A stretch of DNA of 64,000 nt from a candidate division FCPU426 bacterium (GTDB taxonomy: Bacteria; Oederibacteriota; Muellerivitia; Muellerivitales; Muellerivitaceae). Shown here in pieces: positions 62,301 to 64,000 of this stretch. The notes beneath the pieces were generated by a model. The model was given only the letters and a program-made list of their open reading frames with translations. It searched no databases and was not told the origin of the DNA. How positions within the stretch are numbered: position 1 is the stretch's first letter; every line of letters begins with the position of its first letter. The stretch spans positions 230,295 through 294,294 of the forward strand of contig CAVYSE010000007.1 in the NCBI GenBank assembly GCA_963771075.1, given 5' to 3'. The position numbers were made by a program, and so were the translations under genes.

Positions 62301-64000
62301 CCCGGATTTCCCAGATGGAATTTCCTTTCGAGTATAATAAGACAACGTTTGGCCATATAAACAAAGGTTTTTCTTCGTGTTGGGGAACATGAGAGGGGGA
62401 AATGCAATGGGTGAAGGCGGAAAAGACGCTCTTCGGGTGGTTTTTGATCCTGGCCTCAAGTTGGAGTTCCATGGTGCGAAGGTCACTTCCGATGGCGGGT
62501 TGATTCCCTATCGCGAACTCGACGAAGCTTTTGGTTTGACTGACAGAACAGAAAACATCCTTTGGGATCGGCGGACCGGTAAGAATACGCAACACACGAT
62601 GACGGCGCTTCTTCGCCAGTCGGTATTCAGCCGCTTGGCCGGTTATGAGGATACCAACGACGCAGAACGCCTGAGTGTCGATCCTGCGATGCGGCATGTG
62701 ATCGGAGGACGGGCCAGGGAAAAACAGGCCGCCTCCACCAGCCAGATGGGTCGTTTCGAGACGGAGGTCCTCACCCAGTCGAAGAATTTGACCGGCTTAA
62801 TTGACTTATCGGGCCAATGGATCGATGGAGTCCATGAGAAAAAGCCCATACAACAGATCATCCTCGACATGGATAGCTCAGTGAGCGAGACCTACGGGGA
62901 TCAGGAAGGTTCCTTGTACAACGGTTACTTTGGCTGTACCTGTTACCATCCCCTGTTTTGCTTCAACCAGTTCGGCGATTTGGAACGGGCTATGTTGCGC
63001 AACGGCAATGTGGCCAGTGCCCACGAATGGCGTTCGGTTCTTGAACCGGTAGTTGCCCGCTACCGGGGTCTTTCCATCAGCCGGTTTTTCCGGGGTGACG
63101 CGGCTTTCGCCCGTCAGGAACTATACGAATACCTAGAAGACGAAGGATATCTTTACGCGATCCGCCAACCTGCCAATGCCATACTCCAACGGGAAATCGA
63201 GCCATTTTTAACCCGTCCCGTGGGCCGCCCCTCCCACAAGCCGGTTGTCCGGTTTCACAGCTTCCAATACCAAGCCGTCAGCTGGGACAAACCCCGCCGC
63301 GTGGTGGCGAAGATCGAACATCACAACGGGGAATTGTTCCCAAAGGTGGGTTTCATCGTAACGAACATGCGACGACCGGCACCCCAGGTGGTGAAATTCT
63401 ACAACGGAAGAGGCACGGCTGAGCAGTGGATCAAAGAGGGAAAGTATGCGATGAAGTGGACAAGACTAAGCTGCCACGACTTCGCGGACAACCAAGTGCG
63501 CTTACAACTATTCGCCCTGGCCTACAATCTGGGCAACTTCCTGCGCCGACTGGCACTGCCAGAACTGGTGAAACATTGGTCGCTAACGACCTTGAGGGAA
63601 AAACTCATCAAGATCGGGGCTAATGTCATCCGTCATTCGCGGTACGTTATTTTCCAGATGGCGGAGGTGATGGTTTCCCGACGCCTGTTTGCTGAAATCC
63701 TCAATCGGATACGGCTACTGGCAATGGTAAGGCCGCGAGCGCCAGTACTGCGATAACCGCAGGAAGGCATCAAGGCTTCAACCCGAGCGACTACCGCAGG
63801 ATAGGTGTGCGCTCACAACGAGAATTGGCTTTCCAGAAGGTCAATTTCAGCTTTTTTGGGCACAGAAACCTTTTCCTGGGGCTTATTTCAGTGGCCCAGG
63901 ACGGAAAATTCCGGATTCGGATGGAAGAAGCGGGGGGGGCGATATAATGAGAAACAAATTACCCGGCAATGTTTTCAGAGAAGGTCATCTGGGAAATTCC
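62301..64000 (+). mobile_element. IS1380-family insertion sequence (right end at or just past the window edge)
   Basis: Left end CCCGGATTTCCCAGATG (62301-62317); right end CATCTGGGAAATTCC (63986-64000) is its inverted counterpart; encloses one transposase. Confidence 0.9.
62407..63756 (+). CDS. IS1380-family DDE transposase
   Basis: VTSDGGL, AGYEDTNDA, LDMDSS, RGDAAF, FYNGRGTAEQWIKEGK, LAYNL. Confidence 0.95.
   Translation: MGEGGKDALRVVFDPGLKLEFHGAKVTSDGGLIPYRELDEAFGLTDRTENILWDRRTGKNTQHTMTALLRQSVFSRLAGYEDTNDAERLSVDPAMRHVIGGRAREKQAASTSQMGRFETEVLTQSKNLTGLIDLSGQWIDGVHEKKPIQQIILDMDSSVSETYGDQEGSLYNGYFGCTCYHPLFCFNQFGDLERAMLRNGNVASAHEWRSVLEPVVARYRGLSISRFFRGDAAFARQELYEYLEDEGYLYAIRQPANAILQREIEPFLTRPVGRPSHKPVVRFHSFQYQAVSWDKPRRVVAKIEHHNGELFPKVGFIVTNMRRPAPQVVKFYNGRGTAEQWIKEGKYAMKWTRLSCHDFADNQVRLQLFALAYNLGNFLRRLALPELVKHWSLTTLREKLIKIGANVIRHSRYVIFQMAEVMVSRRLFAEILNRIRLLAMVRPRAPVLR

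Noticed and set aside
62203..62697. 164-aa minus-strand ORF spanning the IS left end
   Set aside because: Antisense to the transposase and crosses the IS boundary

Overview
Gene-dense window from a probably diderm, lineage-unusual bacterium; taxon cannot be fixed from sequence alone, but glyA carries an insert of the type seen in Fibrobacteres-Chlorobi-Bacteroidetes. Housekeeping content: smpB-rnr, tRNA-Leu(CAG), M16 peptidase, yggT, sugar ABC transporter, yqeK, argS, glyA, the pheA-hisC-tyrA-aroA-cmk-DAHP synthase-plsC-rpsA run, deoC, and an IS1380-family element at the right edge. Main points of interest: (1) a four-gene respiratory operon joining a Rieske/cytochrome b complex (no cytochrome c1) to two cytochrome bd-like subunits, one with a CxxCH heme; (2) dispersed parts of a possible T9SS-like surface-display system: a 1787-aa expansin/Pro-Thr/triple FlgD-Ig protein with a T9SS-type C-terminal domain (CTD), a CTD-only small protein, and a PorV-like barrel fused to FlgD-Ig and OmpA domains; (3) a 309-aa protein whose HPr fold is split by a ~110-aa insert; (4) an orphan, enlarged FlgE; (5) a frameshift in rpsA; (6) several gene remnants and a shared 18-bp palindrome. 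No CRISPR array, rRNA or integrase was seen. All calls come from motif recognition by eye; no searches were run.
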